Source: Phyllosticta citribraziliensis (lineage: Eukaryota). Taken from it: 64,000 nt of DNA. Each line of letters opens with the position of its first letter. The stretch's first letter is position 1. Made by a program: the position numbers and the translations under genes. The notes below the pieces were generated by a model, which saw only the letters and a program-made list of their open reading frames with translations, did not search any database and was not told where the DNA came from. Location of the stretch: assembly GCF_038025025.1 (NCBI RefSeq), contig NW_027117341.1, positions 1,984,001 through 2,048,000 of the forward strand. The letters run 5' to 3'. Shown here one piece after another: positions 60,845 to 64,000 of this stretch.

Positions 60845-61007
60845 GCGCTCTCTCCTTTCCTTTCTCCATCATCTGGGACTCCCCCTCGCGGAACCGATCG
60901 CTAACGCACAAAACGCACGTATAGGCTACACTCCGCGCGGGAGAAGCCATTTCGTTGTAAGTGTGTCCACACCCTACCCTCCTATCCTTCGCTCCCTGGG
61001 CGCATGC

Positions 61008-61084
61008 ATGATGAGACACGCACGCATGGCTTACATGAGTCCTGGATTTGACCGTCCAGTGGTGACTAAGATATTAGCGTCTGA
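61008..61084 (+). ncRNA. Box C/D RNA, intron 28; paralog of intron 27 RNA
   Basis: Intron 60957-61161; C 61008, D' ATGA 61035, D 61081; GCATGGCTTA antisense to 18S UAAGCCAUGC. Confidence 0.82.
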
Positions 61085-61463
61085 GCTTTTTGCGCCCCGA
61101 ATCTTCTTTCGCTTGAGTCTCGTTTGTTGCGCGTTGGCTAATTCATGGAACTGGTGGGCAGGTCGGCGGTGGGTGTCGGGCTAGGGCGTCAGGGCGGTGC
61201 CGCGGTGCTGTGTTGGATGAATCAAACTGCCGTGTTTTTCAGGGTTGCGTGGCGTTGTGGTGACTTTGGATAGGCAGGATACGTTGAGGCGTGGAACAAG
61301 TGTGCGATAGCACTGAACGACGAAAGAAAATGGTTGACAGGCAGAGAAAACTCCACCCGGGTCCTGATTTCTCAAATGATGGCCCGAAAGATGCAAACCC
61401 AGACCCTCGTATCCCAAACGCCTTGAAACGCCTCAAATACAAATCGAGCCCGAGCACAGCGCC

Positions 61464-62064
61464 TCAATCCTCGCTGCGGTCCCTCCGATAACGGTCGTCC
61501 CTGGTGGCCTCCTCTCCGACCTCCTTCTTCATGGCGTCTCTCAATCTCTCCTCCTGTTTTCTCCAGTGGCTGCCCTCCTCGTAGTCTGCGCTAATGCCGA
61601 GGGCTTTCCGCAGCTTCTCGCTCTCCTCGATCTTAGCGGCGGCGAGCTCGTGCACTTGGTGCGACTTGAGCTTCTGCGCCTTGGACTTGTCCATCCGGTC
61701 ATTCGAAGACTCGGCCTCCTTCTGCAGCTTTTTGCGCAGGGCGTCGCATTGGTCGTCAATGTCGTCCTCGTCGACGCTGGGGCGCGTGTTAGCAAGGTTC
61801 GTCTGGTGGTTGCGGCGGTGGTCATGCGCACCCTTCGTCCTCCAGCCGGTCTCTCAGCTCAAACACCTTGACTTCGATGGCGCGCTTGCGGTCGTGCTCG
61901 AGGATCTCGCGGTCGGGTTGGCGCTGGCGGTGCTGCTTGATTTGGTCGTAGTCCTTGGTGTAGGGCGCAGCGTTGTCGCGCGGCCTGAGGAGCGAGAGGT
62001 TGCGCTGGACGTAGCCGGATGTGCCACTGCCGCGCGGCGTCGAGAGGCCGACGTTGGAGGACAT
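61464..62064 (-). CDS. CWC21: Pre-mRNA splicing factor Cwc21
   Basis: MSSNVGLSTPRGSGTSGYVQRN, ILEHDRKRAIEVKVFELRDRLED, YEEGSHW; intron 61777-61831. Confidence 0.95.
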
Positions 62065-62277
62065 GTTGGTTGAGGTTGTTGACGGAATAATGAGTGTCGT
62101 CGGCTCGGAGGTTTGAGGTTCGCCGCAGCAGGCCGTGGCCAGTGAATTCGTAGCCGCAGCTCCGCAGTGGACGCAGGTAAAGTGCGGCAACAACCTTTTT
62201 GCTAGACTCATGCCCCTCCATGACGAACTGTCGCACTCTCTCTTCGACGCTTCTGTTCCTTCGCACTCATCCAGAAA

Positions 62278-63702
62278 ATGGCAGGCTTTGATGACTCTTC
62301 GATATCGCAATCGGCGGAACCGTATACCTCTCTTCCTTTTTCTCCGGTAACCAAGCAGCATATTCTGAATTGCTCGTACCATTCCTGGCATCCACGGTAA
62401 AGACTCTTCGCAATTGCGCAAACAACGACGGCAGCTTACCATTTTGACAGCTACCGCAAGGTCACCCCAAAAGCCCGCCTGATCCCTTTGACCGCGCCCT
62501 TCCTCTCATACCTACGCGCAGACGGCATTCTTCTGCCCGACGACGACGCCTCTCCGCCGCGCGACTGGTCCGACGACGACAGCGGCATCTTTTCTTCGTC
62601 CGAGAATCCAGACGCTGGGGAGGAGAGCGACGATGAAGACCCGTCGGCAGAATGGCGCCACTTGCACTTGCAAATCAAAAACACCATCGAAGAGCTGGGG
62701 GGCAAGGTGGTGCCCAAATTGAATTGGAGCGCGCCAAAAGACGCGACATGGATGAATGCTAATAGCATGGACTGCCGCACGCCGAGCGATATCTACCTGC
62801 TGCTGAAGAGCAGCGACTTCATCACACACGACCTGGAGCATGCGTTTGACGACACGGAGGAGCCTGCGCAGTCGAATGCAGCAGACGAAGCGCAGGCCGA
62901 CCCCGAGATACCCTACCATCTCGTTTTGCGCAAGCACTTTTTGATCAACCCGTCGCTCGAGTTCCGTTGCTTTGTGCGGCGGCGCAATGTTTTGGCCATC
63001 TCTCAACGCGACCTGAACCACTTTGAATTCCTCTTTTCCATGTCCGGCACTCTCCGCTCCCGCATCGCATCTTTCTTCGACGACAATCTGAGAGACACCT
63101 TTCCCGACGAAAACTTCGTCTTCGACGTCTACGTCCCCCCGCCTCACGACAAGGTCTGGCTGATAGACATCAATCCGTGGGCGCAAAGGACGGATCCGCT
63201 GCTGTTTAGCTGGCTGGAGCTCCTCACCATGGACGGGCCCGATTCGGAAGAATGGGTACAGAAGCAAGAGGAGCAAGAGGCCAGAGCAGCAGCGAACGTC
63301 GTGTCCATTCCCATAGCACCAGCTCAGCCAACCGACTCCAGCCCGCCTTCATCCACGGCTGCCCCGGCTTCCAGCAGCCATCAACGCCAAGACGCGGACC
63401 ACGACGACAACGCCTCCGAAGCCTCCACCATTACGCCATCCGACTCGGAGGAGGAGGACGACGACGACGCAGACGAAGAAATCTGGACCCCCGAGATCCG
63501 CCTCGTTAAAAAGGACGACCCCGAAGCCTACAGCTTCGCATCGCCGCAATACAGCGCGCACAAGCTGCCGCGGGACGTTGTCGACGCCAGCCGCGGCGGC
63601 GAGGGCGCCATGCGCGAGTTCGCCGAGCAATGGAAGGAGGTGCTAGCCAGAGCCGAGCGGGGCGACCAGCAGGCCAGCGACAGCGACGGCGATGACGAGT
63701 GA
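62278..63702 (+). CDS. CDC123: Cell division cycle protein 123 (D123 family)
   Basis: [74 protein letters not shown]. Confidence 0.95.
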
Positions 63703-64000
63703 GGAGGGACCTAGGGACATGAGGGAGGTTGAGCGGGGCGCCGCCAAACATCTGATGCCGTCGCTGTCGCTGTCGGTGCTCTCCACGGCGCAGCTCGCTG
63801 TGACTTGCCCCACACCGCGTTGCGGCAATTTTGAGAGCAACGTCAAACGTCGCAATCGCCGTCGATTTCCCCTCGCTGCGTGGTCGTTGGGCAGGCGTCT
63901 GCGAACAATGCTGTGAGTTTATTGTGCTCTCCTCAGAAGCTCTCGGGCGAAGGCGAGACTAAGCTACCGTCGAGTGCGGGCAAAGCGGACCCACACCTGT

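Larger units (their letters stand above)
54700..61200 (+). ncRNA. Multi-intron non-coding snoRNA host gene (about 28 introns, 25 with intact box C/D RNAs)
   Basis: Repeating donor (GTAAGT/GTGAGT/GTACGT/GTCAGT), pyrimidine tract, RTGATGA..CTGA, CTRAY branch, YAG; exons of about 13-145 nt; the six exons I joined (57952-59227) have stops in all three frames; transcript ends approximate. Confidence 0.85.

Noticed and set aside
54569..61184. ORF-track ORFs across the array region (for example 60282-61019 and 54569-55141)
   Set aside because: They run through evident introns, show no coding bias or motifs, and are better explained by the intron/snoRNA periodicity
61464..62064. Functional link between the array and the adjacent splicing gene CWC21
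   Set aside because: Convergent orientation and adjacency only; no evidence of co-regulation

Overview
Fungal genomic DNA, most likely Pezizomycotina (Dothideomycete-like is my inference from GTRAGT..CTRAC..YAG introns and gene content). 1-32 kb is gene-dense: a DUF1640 3' end, three small orphan paralog families, an MFS + Zn2Cys6 + fructosyl-amino-acid oxidase mini-cluster, a DUF2011 gene, a second MFS, glucosidase I, SNRNP27, ELP5, an ASXH protein and SEC22. 32-51 kb is a gene-poor island with decayed ORFs, small orphan genes and a tandemly amplified trehalose-synthase-subunit fragment. It is followed by a RidA gene, and CWC21 and CDC123 close the window. The standout is 54.7-61.2 kb (+), which the ORF track does not explain. 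It reads as an apparently non-coding host transcript of about 28 short introns separated by short exons. 25 of the introns each carry one box C/D snoRNA-like RNA, with box D placed 44-57 nt upstream of the branch point. The RNAs form tandem subfamilies with a constant D'/C' scaffold and variable guide segments. A few guides match rRNA at sites I do not know as methylated in S. cerevisiae; most look orphan. All rRNA comparisons use conserved fungal rRNA recalled from memory, and all coordinates were read by eye.
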